From contig SUVR01000001.1 in NCBI GenBank assembly GCA_015061915.1, positions 7,976 through 71,975 of the forward strand: a DNA stretch of 64,000 bases. The letters run 5' to 3'. The translations under genes were made by a program, and so were the position numbers. The DNA comes from Lentisphaerota bacterium. Its GTDB lineage: Bacteria > Verrucomicrobiota > Lentisphaeria > Victivallales > UBA1829. Below, in pieces: positions 18,620 to 28,800 of this stretch (positions within the stretch are counted from its first letter, which is position 1; each line of letters opens with the position of its first letter). The notes below the pieces were generated by a model that had not been told where the DNA came from, ran no database searches, and was given only the letters and a program-made list of their open reading frames with translations.

Positions 18620-19423
18620 TCAAAGCTTCACATCTGCGAACGCTGCACCCAAACTGCCGAAAGGTTCATTGGAACCGGGCATGGGGAATGCTTCCAGCAC
18701 TTTGTTTTGAGCTGCGAAGATCTTATCCGTACCGATCTTTGCCAGATCCAGCAGTTTATTGAGTTCATCCCGGGAGAACGGTTCTTCTTCTGCGGTACCC
18801 TGGATCTCAATATATTTGCCGGATTCGGTCATGATCACATTCATATCCACATCGGCAGCAGAATCTTCTTCATAGCACAGGTCCAGCACAGGATTGCCCT
18901 TTACGATCCCGACGGACACTGCCGCCACATTCTCCCGCATGGGGAAACGGGGGATCTTCTTCTGTTCCAGCAGACGGCGGAACGCCATTTGAAGGACCAC
19001 AGACGCACCGCTGATACTGGCGCAGCGGGTACCGCCGTCCGCATCGATCACATCGCAGTCGATGTAGAGGGTGTTCTGACCGAGCGCCTGCAGATCGATC
19101 ACACTGCGGAAGGATCTGCCGATCAGCCGCTGGATCTCCATGGTGCGTCCGCTCTGTTTGCCTTTGGAGGCTTCCCGCTGGACACGGCTTCCGGTGCTGC
19201 CGGGGATCATACCGTATTCACTGGTGACCCAACCGCCGGAAACATTCTGGGCACGCATCCAGGAAGGCACGCCGGATTCAAAAGAAACGGAGCAGATGAC
19301 TTTTGTGCCGCCCATTTCGATCAGAGCTGAAGCGATGGGGTGTGCCAGAAAATCCGGGGTGATTTTGATCTTGCGTGTCTGATCCCACGCTCTGCCGTCG
19401 GTCCGTTTTGTATTGTTTGCCAT
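18620..19423 (-). CDS. rph: ribonuclease PH
   Basis: RNase PH-typical sequence (RTDGRAWDQTRKIKITPDFLAHPIASALIEMGGTKVICSVS). Start set at ATG 19423 because the ORF-track extension to 19489 runs into the SRP RNA. Confidence 0.85.
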   Translation of the reverse strand: MANNTKRTDGRAWDQTRKIKITPDFLAHPIASALIEMGGTKVICSVSFESGVPSWMRAQNVSGGWVTSEYGMIPGSTGSRVQREASKGKQSGRTMEIQRLIGRSFRSVIDLQALGQNTLYIDCDVIDADGGTRCASISGASVVLQMAFRRLLEQKKIPRFPMRENVAAVSVGIVKGNPVLDLCYEEDSAADVDMNVIMTESGKYIEIQGTAEEEPFSRDELNKLLDLAKIGTDKIFAAQNKVLEAFPMPGSNEPFGSLGAAFADVKL

Positions 19424-19450
19424 AGATTTTATCCTTTTTTCATAAGAAAA

Positions 19451-19563
19451 GCCGCTGACTGACAGAGTTCCTGCGGCGCACAGATTCATCGCTTAGGGCT
19501 GCTTTGTTCCCAACCTGACCCGGTTCACGGGAATCTGTCGCACAAGTTCCGGCAGTCAGCGGC
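19451..19563 (-). ncRNA. ffs: signal recognition particle RNA (small bacterial 4.5S type)
   Basis: The minus strand reads GCCGCUGACUG...CGUGAACCGGGUCAGGUUGGGAACAAAGCAGCCCUAAGCGAUGAAUCUGUGCGCCGCAGG...CAGUCAGCGGC. It has the conserved domain IV motifs (GGUCAGGU, GGAA-type loop, AGCAGCC) and a terminal helix GCCGCUGACUG/CAGUCAGCGGC. Confidence 0.88.
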
Positions 19564-19594
19564 AAATTTACCATTTTTACCGCTTTATTCAGCG

Positions 19595-20566
19595 TTATTC
19601 GGCTTTTACGGCTTTTTTGCCGTTCTTTATTACTTTACAGCGTGAAACGAAATATTCAAGTAAAAGTCCCACTTCTTCACGCATTTTTTTACGATCCACG
19701 ATCCGGTCGATCAGTCCCTTCTTCAGGAGGAACTCTGCCGTCTGGAAACCTTCGGGCAGCTGTGCCTGCGTGGTATCCCGGATCACACGGGGACCGGCAA
19801 AGCCGATCAGGGCTTCCGGTTCTGCAATGATCAGGTCGCCGAGGGATGCAAAACTGGCGGTGACCCCTGCTGTTGTGGGATGGGTCATAATGACCAGATA
19901 GGGCAGCCCGGCTTCTTTGTGGCGTTCGGCTGCTCCGCTGGTCTTCGCCATCTGCATCAGGCTGATCATACCTTCATACATTCTGGCGCCGCCGCTGGCG
20001 GTCACGATGATGAGAGGCAGTTTTTTCGCCGTGGCATATTCAAAAAGACGGGTGATTTTTTCGCCGACGACCGCGCCCATACTGGCACCGAGAAAACGGA
20101 AATCCATCACGCCCAACGCATAGGGAATCCCGTTCAGGGTGGCTTCACCGCAGATCACGGCATCTTTCATACCGGTCTTTTTCTGATTGGAGGCGAGCTT
20201 TTCCGTGTAGGAGGCAACCCCTTCAAACTTGAGGGTGTCGATCGCAGTCATATCCGGATCGATTTCCTTGAACGAACCTTCATCGGTCAGCAGTTGGATC
20301 CGGCGGGGGGCGGGCAGCGGATAATGATAGCCGCACTTGGGGCAGATGTTCCAGTTCTGTTCCCGTTCCCGGGTGAAGATCGTTTCATCGCACTGTTTGC
20401 ATTTTTCCCAGAGTCCTTCAGGAATGTCGCGGCGGGGTACAAGTTCAGAAAGGGCGCCGGGGTGCTGCGGAGGCGGAAGCGGGGCTTCCTGAGGAACCGG
20501 AGTCGGGCTCTGATCGGTATCCTGACTGATCGTCGAATACTTCGCTTTTGTAAAAAATTCTGCCAT
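19595..20566 (-). CDS. accD: acetyl-CoA carboxylase carboxyltransferase beta subunit
   Basis: Zinc ribbon CKQCDETIF...CPKCGYH followed by a carboxyltransferase domain. Start at MAEFFTKAKYS (ATG 20566) behind AAAGGA. Confidence 0.85.
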   Translation of the reverse strand: MAEFFTKAKYSTISQDTDQSPTPVPQEAPLPPPQHPGALSELVPRRDIPEGLWEKCKQCDETIFTREREQNWNICPKCGYHYPLPAPRRIQLLTDEGSFKEIDPDMTAIDTLKFEGVASYTEKLASNQKKTGMKDAVICGEATLNGIPYALGVMDFRFLGASMGAVVGEKITRLFEYATAKKLPLIIVTASGGARMYEGMISLMQMAKTSGAAERHKEAGLPYLVIMTHPTTAGVTASFASLGDLIIAEPEALIGFAGPRVIRDTTQAQLPEGFQTAEFLLKKGLIDRIVDRKKMREEVGLLLEYFVSRCKVIKNGKKAVKAE

Positions 20567-20597
20567 ATTTTTTTGTCCTTTCTGCCTGCCGACGGCA

Positions 20598-21326
20598 TTA
20601 TTGGCGTCTTGCAAGCGTCAAAATACAGACCTTTGCCGCGCCGGCTTTCAGCAGCGTTTCCGCCGCTGACGCCAGTGTGGATCCGGTCGTCATAACATCA
20701 TCCACCAATAATATAGCACAGCTTTTCAGATTTGTCGAACGATTTATGAAAAAAGCGCCTTTTAAATTTGAAATTCTTTGTTTCCGGGTCAATCTGGACT
20801 GCTGACCGGTCCTTTTTTTCCGCTTCAAAATGGACTTGACCGGAATATTGGCAACAGCTCCGAATGCTCTGGCGAACTCCTCCGCCTGATTGTAGGAACG
20901 CCGCATTTTCCGCCACCAGTGAAGCGGTACCGGTACGATCAGATCAAAAGATTCCTGCCGGATCGCTTCACCGCAGCGCAGCAGGGCAAGTGATGCCAGC
21001 GCCCTGGCAAGATCCGGACGGGACTGATATTTGAAGGTATGGACCAACTCTCTCCCCGCACCCCGCATCCGGAAAACGGTAAAGGCATTTTTCCACGGAC
21101 GCCGTGCTTCCTCTTTCATGCAGTCCGTACACATCTCAAAGATCCCGTCCAGTGTGCCGCCGCAACCGGGACAAAATGGCGGTTGGATGAATTCGATCTG
21201 GGCAAGACAATCCCGGCACAGGGTATTGGCTGTGCCATCACCGGGCTTTCCGCCGCAGAGCGGACAATCCAGCGGAACGATCTTCCGGAGGCAGGAAAGA
21301 AAAAACTGTTTGAGTTGCATCATCAT
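20598..21326 (-). CDS. comF: ComF-family phosphoribosyltransferase-domain protein
   Basis: N-terminal CPLCGG...CRDC and CPGCGG...CTDC zinc-finger pairs and a C-terminal PRTase motif ILLVDDVMTTGSTL. The start codon is uncertain (MMM at 21326..21318). Confidence 0.65.
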   Translation of the reverse strand: MMMQLKQFFLSCLRKIVPLDCPLCGGKPGDGTANTLCRDCLAQIEFIQPPFCPGCGGTLDGIFEMCTDCMKEEARRPWKNAFTVFRMRGAGRELVHTFKYQSRPDLARALASLALLRCGEAIRQESFDLIVPVPLHWWRKMRRSYNQAEEFARAFGAVANIPVKSILKRKKRTGQQSRLTRKQRISNLKGAFFINRSTNLKSCAILLVDDVMTTGSTLASAAETLLKAGAAKVCILTLARRQ

Positions 21327-21496
21327 ACAAAGAAAAAGAGCTGAAATCTGTTCGTATAAAATATCGCCGTTTTCCGAAAATAAAAGCAGTTTTTGAAAAA
21401 AAATGCGTTGGAACTGGTATTTTACCAATTAAAGTGTATATTATATGCGTGTAAGAGACGATTGAAACAGAAAACAGCCAAATCAGGAGAAAAAAC

Positions 21497-22735
21497 ATGG
21501 CAGAAAGTTTCCTTCAGAGCAATTTTGCGAACCGGATCGGCGGCGATCAGTTCGGCAAAGATACCAAGATCTACAAGTTTGAAAAAATCAAACGCGCCAA
21601 ACGTGCCGCTATGGCGGAAAATCCCGGCGTGGAACTGATCGATATGGGTGTGGGCGAACCGGATGATATGGCGTTCCCCCCGGTCGTCAATGCCATGAAG
21701 AGCGAAGTGGAAAAGTGGGAAAACCGTATCTACGCCGATAACGGCTGTGCCGACTTCAAGGCTGCCGCCGCCCGCTATATGAAAGCACTTTACGGCGTGG
21801 AACTGGATCCTGATACCGAGATCTGCCACTCTATCGGCAGCAAGTCTTCCCTTTCTCTGCTCCCCAGCTGCTTCATCAACCCCGGTGACATCGCTCTGCT
21901 GACCATTCCCGGCTACCCCGTTATGGGCACCTGGACCAAGTATCTGGGCGGCGAAGTGATCAATCTGCCCCTGCTGGAAGAAAACGGATACCTGCCGGAT
22001 CTGGATTCCCTCACGGATGACCAGAAGAAACGGGCGAAACTGCTCTATCTGAACTACCCGAACAACCCCACCGGCGCAACTGCCACGGAAGAATTTTTCC
22101 AGAAGGCTGTGAACTTTGCAAAGGAAAACCATATCCTCATCGTCAGTGACGCTGCGTATGCACCGCTGAACTTCAAGGGCAAGCCCCTCTCCATCCTGTC
22201 CATCCCCGGCGCTATGGATTGTGCTGTGGAACTGCACAGTATGTCCAAGGGCTTCAACATGACCGGCTGGCGTCTGGGATGGGTCTGCGGTAATGCACTG
22301 GCTGTCAAGGCGTTCGCAACGGTGAAGGACAATGCGGACTCCGGTCAGTTCCTGGCGATCCAGAAAGCTGCCATCGCCGCTCTGGACGATCAGGCTGCGA
22401 TCACGCCCGCCATCAGCGAAAAGTACGAACGCCGTCTGACCAGCATGGTGAACACCCTCAAGAAGCTGGGGTTCAATGCCAAAGTCCCCGCCGGCAGCTT
22501 CTATCTCTACGTGAAGGCGCCGAAAGCCTCCTCCGACGGCACGAAGTTTGCCACCGGTGAAGACTTCAGCCAGTGGCTCATCAAGACGAAACTGATCAGC
22601 TCCGTACCCTGGGATGATGTCGGACCCTATGTCCGCTTCAGTGCCACCTTTGTCGCCCGCGGCGGCAAGGCGGAAGAAGACCGGGTGCTGGCTGAATTTG
22701 CAAACCGCCTTGCAGACGCAAAATTTGAGTTTTGA
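21497..22735 (+). CDS. dapL: LL-diaminopimelate aminotransferase (class I PLP aminotransferase, DapL-like)
   Basis: 412 aa. Contains NYPNNPTG and SMSKGFNMTGWRLG (PLP lysine) and a DapL-like N-terminus. Confidence 0.65.
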   Translation: MAESFLQSNFANRIGGDQFGKDTKIYKFEKIKRAKRAAMAENPGVELIDMGVGEPDDMAFPPVVNAMKSEVEKWENRIYADNGCADFKAAAARYMKALYGVELDPDTEICHSIGSKSSLSLLPSCFINPGDIALLTIPGYPVMGTWTKYLGGEVINLPLLEENGYLPDLDSLTDDQKKRAKLLYLNYPNNPTGATATEEFFQKAVNFAKENHILIVSDAAYAPLNFKGKPLSILSIPGAMDCAVELHSMSKGFNMTGWRLGWVCGNALAVKAFATVKDNADSGQFLAIQKAAIAALDDQAAITPAISEKYERRLTSMVNTLKKLGFNAKVPAGSFYLYVKAPKASSDGTKFATGEDFSQWLIKTKLISSVPWDDVGPYVRFSATFVARGGKAEEDRVLAEFANRLADAKFEF

Positions 22736-22742
22736 GTAAGTA

Positions 22743-23408
22743 ATGACTGAAAACACGCCGACAGCCGCGATCCCGTATTCGCAGGAAGTTTTCCGGAAAC
22801 TGATCCACCTCAGCTCCCTCTGGATGGTGGTGCTGATCTGGTTCTTCCCATTTCCGAAACTGCTGCTCTTTTACGGGTTCGCCATCTGTCTGGTGCTGAA
22901 TCTGCTCTGTGAATACGCATACTCCTGCCGGGTCCGGTTCATCACGCCCCTTTATGCCTTTTTCTTCAAAAATATGCTGCGGGGGGATGTGAAGCGCGGA
23001 CAGTGGGTGGTCAGCGGCAGTCCTCCGGTCTTTGCGGCGGCGGCACTGGTGACTTTGCTGTTCCCGCTGAAGATCGCTGCGATCGCATTGGGCGTGATGC
23101 TCATTGCCGATACCGCAGCGGCATTGATCGGACGCCGTTTCGGCAAACACAAAGTGGCAAACGGAAAATCGCTGGAAGGCGTGCTGGCGTTTTGTATCGC
23201 AGGCAGTCTCTGGGCGTGCTGGCTTCTGTACTGCGCAGGTCTGTTGAACGGATGGACAGCAGCCGCTGCTGTGCTGGGCGTGTTTCTCGCATCCATGGCG
23301 GAACTGTTTGAAAAGCAGCTGCATATGGATGACAATTTTTCGATCCCCCTGATCTCCGGGGCTGTGATCTGGCTCTCAACGATTCTTTTCTTACAACATT
23401 CAACATAA
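22743..23408 (+). CDS. CTP-dependent polyprenol/diacylglycerol kinase-like membrane protein (CdsA/dolichol kinase superfamily)
   Basis: Polytopic membrane protein with ADTAAALIGRRFGKHK. Confidence 0.55.
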   Translation: MTENTPTAAIPYSQEVFRKLIHLSSLWMVVLIWFFPFPKLLLFYGFAICLVLNLLCEYAYSCRVRFITPLYAFFFKNMLRGDVKRGQWVVSGSPPVFAAAALVTLLFPLKIAAIALGVMLIADTAAALIGRRFGKHKVANGKSLEGVLAFCIAGSLWACWLLYCAGLLNGWTAAAAVLGVFLASMAELFEKQLHMDDNFSIPLISGAVIWLSTILFLQHST

Positions 23409-23427
23409 CACACGAAGGTACAAAAAA

Positions 23428-24639
23428 ATGAAAATCCTCGTTCTCAATGCAGGAAGTTCGTCCCTCAAGTTCACTCTGTTTGATATGCAGGGTGCTGAAA
23501 ACAGTGTCATCGCCAGCGGTCAGGTGGAACGCGTCGGCAGCGATAAGCCGAACGTGATCTACAAGCGTCCGGATGGCTTCAAGGCAGAACACACCCTCGC
23601 CGCCGGTGCCGACCATGCCGCCGGTCTGCAGGCGATCTGCGATGAACTGGTGGATGCCGAACACGGCGTTCTCAAGAGCCTGAGCGAAGTCGCTGCGATC
23701 GGTCACCGCGTGCTGCACGGCGGTGAAAAAGTGACTCAGCCCGTGGAAGTGACGGAAGAAGTCAAGGCGATCATCCGGGAATGTTTCCCCCTCGGTCCCC
23801 TGCACAACCCGGCAAACCTCATGGGTATCGAAGCCTGCGAAAAACTGTTCCCCGGTGTTCCCAATGTGGGCGTGTTCGATACGCAGTTCCACCAGACCAT
23901 GGCTCCGGAAGCCTATCTCTATGCCATTCCCTATGAATACTACACCGAACACGGCATCCGCAAGTACGGTTTCCACGGCACCAGCCATCACTTTGTGACC
24001 ATCAGCACCGCTGAATTCCTGGGCAAGAGCCTGGATGACACCAACATCATCACCTGCCACCTGGGCAACGGCTGCAGTATGGCTGCCATCAAGAATGGTA
24101 AAGTCGTTGATACGACGATGGGGCTGACCCCGCTGGAAGGTCTGATGATGGGTACGAGAAGCGGTGACATCGACGCTGCCGCAGCCCTGCGTATGGTGGA
24201 ACTGGGCAAGACCGCATCCGAAGTGGATACGATCCTGAACAAGAAGTCCGGTCTCTTCGCCATCGCCGGTATCAACTCCGGGGATATGCGCGACATCATC
24301 GGCGCAGCGGAAGGCGGCAATGAACGCGCTCAGCTGGCTCTCAAGATGTTTGTCCGCCGCGTGGTGAAATACATCGGTTCCTACTTCGTGCTGGTCGGCG
24401 GCGCAGAAGCGATCGTCTTCACCGGCGGGATCGGCGAATACTCCGTCGGCATCCGCGAAGAGATCATCAAGGGCGTGGAATCCCTCGGCTTCAAGATGGA
24501 TGCCGAAAAGAATGCTGCACACTTCGGTAAGAAGGGCATCGTCTCCACCGATGACAGCAAGGGTAAGGTCATCATCATGCCCACCAACGAAGAACTTATG
24601 ATCGCCAAGTCCACCGTCCAGGTCCTCAAACTGGCATAA
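23428..24639 (+). CDS. ackA: acetate kinase
   Basis: MKILVLNAGSSSLKF start. 403 aa. Confidence 0.92.
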   Translation: MKILVLNAGSSSLKFTLFDMQGAENSVIASGQVERVGSDKPNVIYKRPDGFKAEHTLAAGADHAAGLQAICDELVDAEHGVLKSLSEVAAIGHRVLHGGEKVTQPVEVTEEVKAIIRECFPLGPLHNPANLMGIEACEKLFPGVPNVGVFDTQFHQTMAPEAYLYAIPYEYYTEHGIRKYGFHGTSHHFVTISTAEFLGKSLDDTNIITCHLGNGCSMAAIKNGKVVDTTMGLTPLEGLMMGTRSGDIDAAAALRMVELGKTASEVDTILNKKSGLFAIAGINSGDMRDIIGAAEGGNERAQLALKMFVRRVVKYIGSYFVLVGGAEAIVFTGGIGEYSVGIREEIIKGVESLGFKMDAEKNAAHFGKKGIVSTDDSKGKVIIMPTNEELMIAKSTVQVLKLA

Positions 24640-24680
24640 GGTCGGGTGATCGGGAATTTCCCCGAAGCTCTTTCCAGCGG

Positions 24681-24715
24681 AGCGCAGACGGCACAGTCTG
24701 CGCTTCGCTTTTTTT
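24681..24715 (+). terminator. rho-independent terminator of ackA
   Basis: AGCGCAGAC-GGCACA-GTCTGCGCT stem-loop followed by TCGCTTTTTTT. Confidence 0.7.
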
Positions 24716-24740
24716 ACACACACAACGCCAGCACAGAAGC

Positions 24741-24879
24741 CGCAAAAAAAGCAGGGCGCGGTGCCGCAGTCCGGTTTGACCGGACTGCTCCGCATGAAAA
24801 AAGCGCGCATCCTGCCAGCGCGCTTTTTTTATGCGGTCGGCAGCTGAGCTGCCGGGCACCGCGCCCTGCTTTTTTTGCG
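24741..24879. repeat. 139-nt nested palindromic element (25-bp perfect closing stem enclosing three hairpins)
   Basis: 24741..24765 CGCAAAAAAAGCAGGGCGCGGTGCC is the exact reverse complement of 24855..24879. The inner hairpins are 24766..24788, 24796..24830 (itself closed by CCGCAT/ATGCGG) and 24838..24854. Confidence 0.8.
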
Positions 24880-24969
24880 GCGATCTACCATTTTTTTGTC
24901 TTTCTGCTTGAAAAAAGCTTCGGCGGCATTACATTAACATATCAGCTCAACCTGTCAGGAGAAAAAATT

Positions 24970-26289
24970 ATGATGAAACTGAAGTATGTTCTGGTCGGCA
25001 CGGGAAGCCGTTGTGGTATGTATATTGATGCTTTGAGCAATGGTTTCAAGGAATACGGCGAGCTGCTGGCGATTTGCGATACCAACAGCACGCGGATGAA
25101 ATTCTGGGCGGACCGCATTGAAGCGAAGTATAATATGCCCCGTCCGGCGATGTACAAGGCGGCGGACTTTGAAAAGATGATCGCGGAGCAGCAGCCGGAT
25201 AAAGTCATTGTGACGAGTATGGACCGGACGCACCATCTCTACATCTGCAAAGCGATGGAGATGGGCTGCGATGTCATTACGGAAAAGCCTATGACTGTGG
25301 ATGCGGAAAAGTGCCAGCAGATCATCGACACGAAGAAGCGCACCGGCAAAAACGTTACTGTCACGTTCAACTACCGTTATTCTCCCCGCAACACGAAGAT
25401 CAAAGAAGTGTTGAAATCGGGGATCGCCGGCACGATCACCAGTGTTACATTTGAATGGCTGCTGGATACCAGTCACGGAGCGGACTACTTCCGCCGCTGG
25501 CACCGCTGCAAGAACAATTCCGGTGGTCTGCTGGTCCACAAGTCCACGCACCACTTTGACCTGATGAACTGGTGGCTGGACTCTATGCCGGAAACGGTCT
25601 TTGCTATGGGAGATCTGAAGTTTTACGGCAAAGAAAATGCGGAAAAACGGGGCGTTACGGAATTTTATTCCCGTTCCCGCGGCAGCGAACTGGCGGAAAA
25701 AGATCCTTTTGCCATCAAGATCCGGGATACGGATGAGATCCTGCAGGGGCTGTACTACAACGCAGAACATGAAGACAGCTACTACCGGGACCAGAGCGTG
25801 TTCAGCGACGGCATCTCCATTGAAGACAATATGAATGTGATGGTCCGTTATAAAAACAAAGTCACCATGAACTACTGTCTTTATGCTCACGCACCGTGGG
25901 AAGGCTACCGTGTCTGCTTCAACGGCACCAACGGCCGTCTGGAATTCAATGTGGTGGAAAACAGCTATGTTTCCGGCGGACATGAAGACTTCAACCAGCC
26001 GGGGATGCGTGAGCTGGAACATCCGAAAGCCAGCCTGGTGCCGGAGATCATCTTCCAGCCGCTGTGGGGCAAACCCCGTGTCATCACGTACGAACAGAAC
26101 GACAAAGGCGGTCACGGCGGCGGTGATGTGCGTTTGCTGCACCATATCTTTGTTGGTGCGGAAGACGACCCGCTGGGTCATGCCGCCGGGTACATTGATG
26201 GTGCAAAATCCATCCTGACCGGTATTGCGGCGAACCAGTCCATCAAAACCGGACTTCCGGTCAAAGTGGCGGATCTGGTCCAGTTCTGA
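24970..26289 (+). CDS. Gfo/Idh/MocA-family NAD(P)-dependent oxidoreductase
   Basis: MMKLKYVLVGTGSRCGMY Rossmann start behind GGAGAAAAAA. The ORF-track start 24646 is an artefact that reads through the palindromic element. Confidence 0.8.
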   Translation: MMKLKYVLVGTGSRCGMYIDALSNGFKEYGELLAICDTNSTRMKFWADRIEAKYNMPRPAMYKAADFEKMIAEQQPDKVIVTSMDRTHHLYICKAMEMGCDVITEKPMTVDAEKCQQIIDTKKRTGKNVTVTFNYRYSPRNTKIKEVLKSGIAGTITSVTFEWLLDTSHGADYFRRWHRCKNNSGGLLVHKSTHHFDLMNWWLDSMPETVFAMGDLKFYGKENAEKRGVTEFYSRSRGSELAEKDPFAIKIRDTDEILQGLYYNAEHEDSYYRDQSVFSDGISIEDNMNVMVRYKNKVTMNYCLYAHAPWEGYRVCFNGTNGRLEFNVVENSYVSGGHEDFNQPGMRELEHPKASLVPEIIFQPLWGKPRVITYEQNDKGGHGGGDVRLLHHIFVGAEDDPLGHAAGYIDGAKSILTGIAANQSIKTGLPVKVADLVQF

Positions 26290-26312
26290 GTCTGGTTCCT
26301 CACCTTGAAAAA

Positions 26313-26359
26313 CAAAAATGCGAAGCGCAGCCGTTGAGACTGAACTTCGCATTTTTTTA
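26313..26359. terminator. bidirectional terminator between convergent genes
   Basis: AAAAATGCGAAG...CTTCGCATTTTTTT: an A-run, an 8-bp stem base with a larger loop, then a T-run. Confidence 0.55.
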
Positions 26360-26376
26360 TGCCGTAATATTCTGTC

Positions 26377-27285
26377 TTACAACCCGTTCTGTCTGCGGCA
26401 GGCGCGGATGGTGTTTTTCATCAGCATGGCAATGGTCATGGGACCGACACCGCCGGGGACGGGGGTGATCTTTGCTGCTTTGGGTGCGACTTCATCGAAC
26501 GCCACATCGCCCACCAGTTTGAAGCCGGTCTTTGCCGTTTCACAGGGAACGCGGTTGATGCCAACGTCCACGACCACCACGCCCTCGCTGACCATATCGC
26601 CCTTCAGAAATTCGGGCTTGCCGATGGCGGCGATGATGATGTCGGCGCGGCGGGTGTAGTCTGCAAGATCTTTTGTCCGGGAGTGGCAGACCGTCACAGT
26701 GGCATCTCCGGTCACGCCTTTGCCCAGCAGCAGTGCCGCCATGGGCTTACCCACGATATTGGATCTGCCGAGAACGACCACATTCTTCCCGGCGGTACTG
26801 ATCCCGGACCGTTCCAGCAGGACGGTAACGCCCCACGGAGTGCAGGGCAGGAATCCATCCCGTTCGCCCATCAGGACCCGCCCCACATTCTGAGCGTGGA
26901 AACAGTCCACATCCTTTTCCGGATCGATCGCTTCCACGATCGCTTTTTCGTCGATATGTTTCGGCGGGGGAGACTGGACCAGGATCCCATGGATGGAGGC
27001 ATCCTTGTTCAGGCGGTCCACCACGGCAAGCAGTTCCTCCTGCGTCGTTTCCTTCGGCAGCACGATCTTTTCCGAGCGGATGCCCAGTTCCACGCACATT
27101 TTTGCCTTCCTTGACACATAAACCTGTGATGCGGGATCTTCCCCCACCAGGATCACTGCCAGTGCCGGTTCAATGCCGTGTTTTTCTTTCAGTTCAGCCA
27201 CTTCCATAGCGGTTTCCGCATTGACGCTTGCAGAGATCGTCTTGCCGTCGATCAGTTTTTCTTCAGGGATCATAACTTTCTCCAA
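26377..27285 (-). CDS. folD: bifunctional methylenetetrahydrofolate dehydrogenase/methenyl-THF cyclohydrolase
   Basis: FolD-typical sequence ([44 protein letters not shown]). Confidence 0.92.
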   Translation of the reverse strand: MEKVMIPEEKLIDGKTISASVNAETAMEVAELKEKHGIEPALAVILVGEDPASQVYVSRKAKMCVELGIRSEKIVLPKETTQEELLAVVDRLNKDASIHGILVQSPPPKHIDEKAIVEAIDPEKDVDCFHAQNVGRVLMGERDGFLPCTPWGVTVLLERSGISTAGKNVVVLGRSNIVGKPMAALLLGKGVTGDATVTVCHSRTKDLADYTRRADIIIAAIGKPEFLKGDMVSEGVVVVDVGINRVPCETAKTGFKLVGDVAFDEVAPKAAKITPVPGGVGPMTIAMLMKNTIRACRRQNGL

Positions 27286-27302
27286 TCCGGTATATTCAAA
27301 AA

Positions 27303-28013
27303 TTATTTTTTCAGCAGTTTATCCAGTTCGGCATCCACGGATTTCAGATCACGGTTGATCTGCTTCGCTTCTTCCGTGCTTTCGATGATCAGGGTCATTG
27401 CCGCAGAAATCTCTTTCATACGGGCGACTTCCGGCAGATGATCCTGACGGATGACCCGGCGCATTGTGTTCCGCAGGTCTTTCTGCAACGCATCACGCCG
27501 CCGGGGGATCTCTGCCAGATCCTTCTGCAGCTGTTTGATTTCCTTCTGCAGTTTTTCCACCGTCTTATAGCCCTCTGAAGCGATCTTGGCATCGGAAGAT
27601 TTTATGGACTCCCGTGCGGCGGCAAGCTGCTTTTCCCGGTCTGCCATTGTCCGGGGCAGAGTCTGCGCCTCTTTTTCCAGCAGTGCGATCCGGTTTTGAA
27701 TGGTGCGGACAGCTTCTTTTCCGGCGAGCGTCTTACCCAGTTTCAACAGACAGGCATCAAACTCCGTCTGCAGCTTTCCCAGTTCCGCATTTTCTTTGAC
27801 GAGTTTCTTTTTCAGGGACCCCAGCTTTGAAACGATCGCACGGCGTTTTTCCAGCAGTTCTTTCGCTTTGCCCGGATCCTTATATTTTGCGGGATTTTGT
27901 TCCGCACGATAGACTTTGGCAAAGACATATTCCGACCTCATCTGCTGGGCTTGCGCCGACAGCGGCAGCAGCAGAAAAAGTCCGGTAAGGATCAGGATCG
28001 TTTTTTTCAGCAT
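27303..28013 (-). CDS. secreted coiled-coil protein of unknown function
   Basis: Signal peptide [22 protein letters not shown] followed by a K/E/L-rich heptad-like sequence. No recognisable domain. Confidence 0.5.
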   Translation of the reverse strand: MLKKTILILTGLFLLLPLSAQAQQMRSEYVFAKVYRAEQNPAKYKDPGKAKELLEKRRAIVSKLGSLKKKLVKENAELGKLQTEFDACLLKLGKTLAGKEAVRTIQNRIALLEKEAQTLPRTMADREKQLAAARESIKSSDAKIASEGYKTVEKLQKEIKQLQKDLAEIPRRRDALQKDLRNTMRRVIRQDHLPEVARMKEISAAMTLIIESTEEAKQINRDLKSVDAELDKLLKK

Positions 28014-28170
28014 GGCAAACAGCCTTTCCCGGTTAAGATTTTTGCATCACAGCTACTAAATATAGCGATAAAACAGAAAAAATCAAACTCTTTTTACTCT
28101 TTTATTTTAAAAATGCAATTCGTATGATATATTACATATTGAGACAACAGATACCAGAAGAAAGAACCTT

Positions 28171-28800
28171 ATGTCATTTTTTGCATTGATCGATTACAAA
28201 ATGGGCAACCTTTCCAGCGTAAATAAAGCACTGGAAAAAGCCGGCGCCTCTGTACGGATCGTTACAACTCCCGCAGAAGCACTGGACGCCTGCGCCCTGA
28301 TCCTGCCGGGCGTCGGCAGCTTCGGTGATGCCATGGCGAACCTGAATGCTGCAGGCTGGAGCGATTTTATCCGCCAATGGATCGCAGCGGACCGCCCCTT
28401 CCTCGGAATCTGCCTCGGTATGCAGATGCTGTTGGAGGAAAGTGAAGAATCGCCCGGTGTGCCGGGTCTGGGGATTTTCAAAGGACAGGTACGCCGTTTC
28501 CCCGATACGCCCGGAATGAAAGTTCCTCATATGGGCTGGAATACCGTTTGCGGAACCGGAAATTCACCATTCTTCACCGGTCCGGAGGAACACTTTTACT
28601 TTGTCCATTCATTCTATATCGATCCCGTTGATCGGACACTTGCCGCGGCGGTGACCGATTACATCCATCCTTTTACCTGCGCCATTGCCCGGGGAAATCT
28701 TCTGGCGACCCAGTTCCACCCGGAGAAAAGTCAGAGCGCAGGGCTTGAATTATTGAAAAAATTTGTATTGAACATAACAGCAGAGGAAAAAACAATATGA
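28171..28800 (+). CDS. hisH: imidazole glycerol phosphate synthase, glutaminase subunit
   Basis: GATase-I motifs (LPGVGSFG, GICLGMQ, HSF). Confidence 0.9.
   Translation: MSFFALIDYKMGNLSSVNKALEKAGASVRIVTTPAEALDACALILPGVGSFGDAMANLNAAGWSDFIRQWIAADRPFLGICLGMQMLLEESEESPGVPGLGIFKGQVRRFPDTPGMKVPHMGWNTVCGTGNSPFFTGPEEHFYFVHSFYIDPVDRTLAAAVTDYIHPFTCAIARGNLLATQFHPEKSQSAGLELLKKFVLNITAEEKTI

Noticed and set aside
24646-24969. The N-terminal 108 codons of the 547-aa ORF, and the N-terminal extensions of other ORFs (19424..19489 rph, 51208..51351 GIY-YIG, 59257..59400 plsX, 47020..47157).
   Set aside because: These extensions read through terminators, a palindromic element, the SRP RNA, the tRNA or rpmF. 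Internal ATGs with Shine-Dalgarno sequences match family-typical N-termini.
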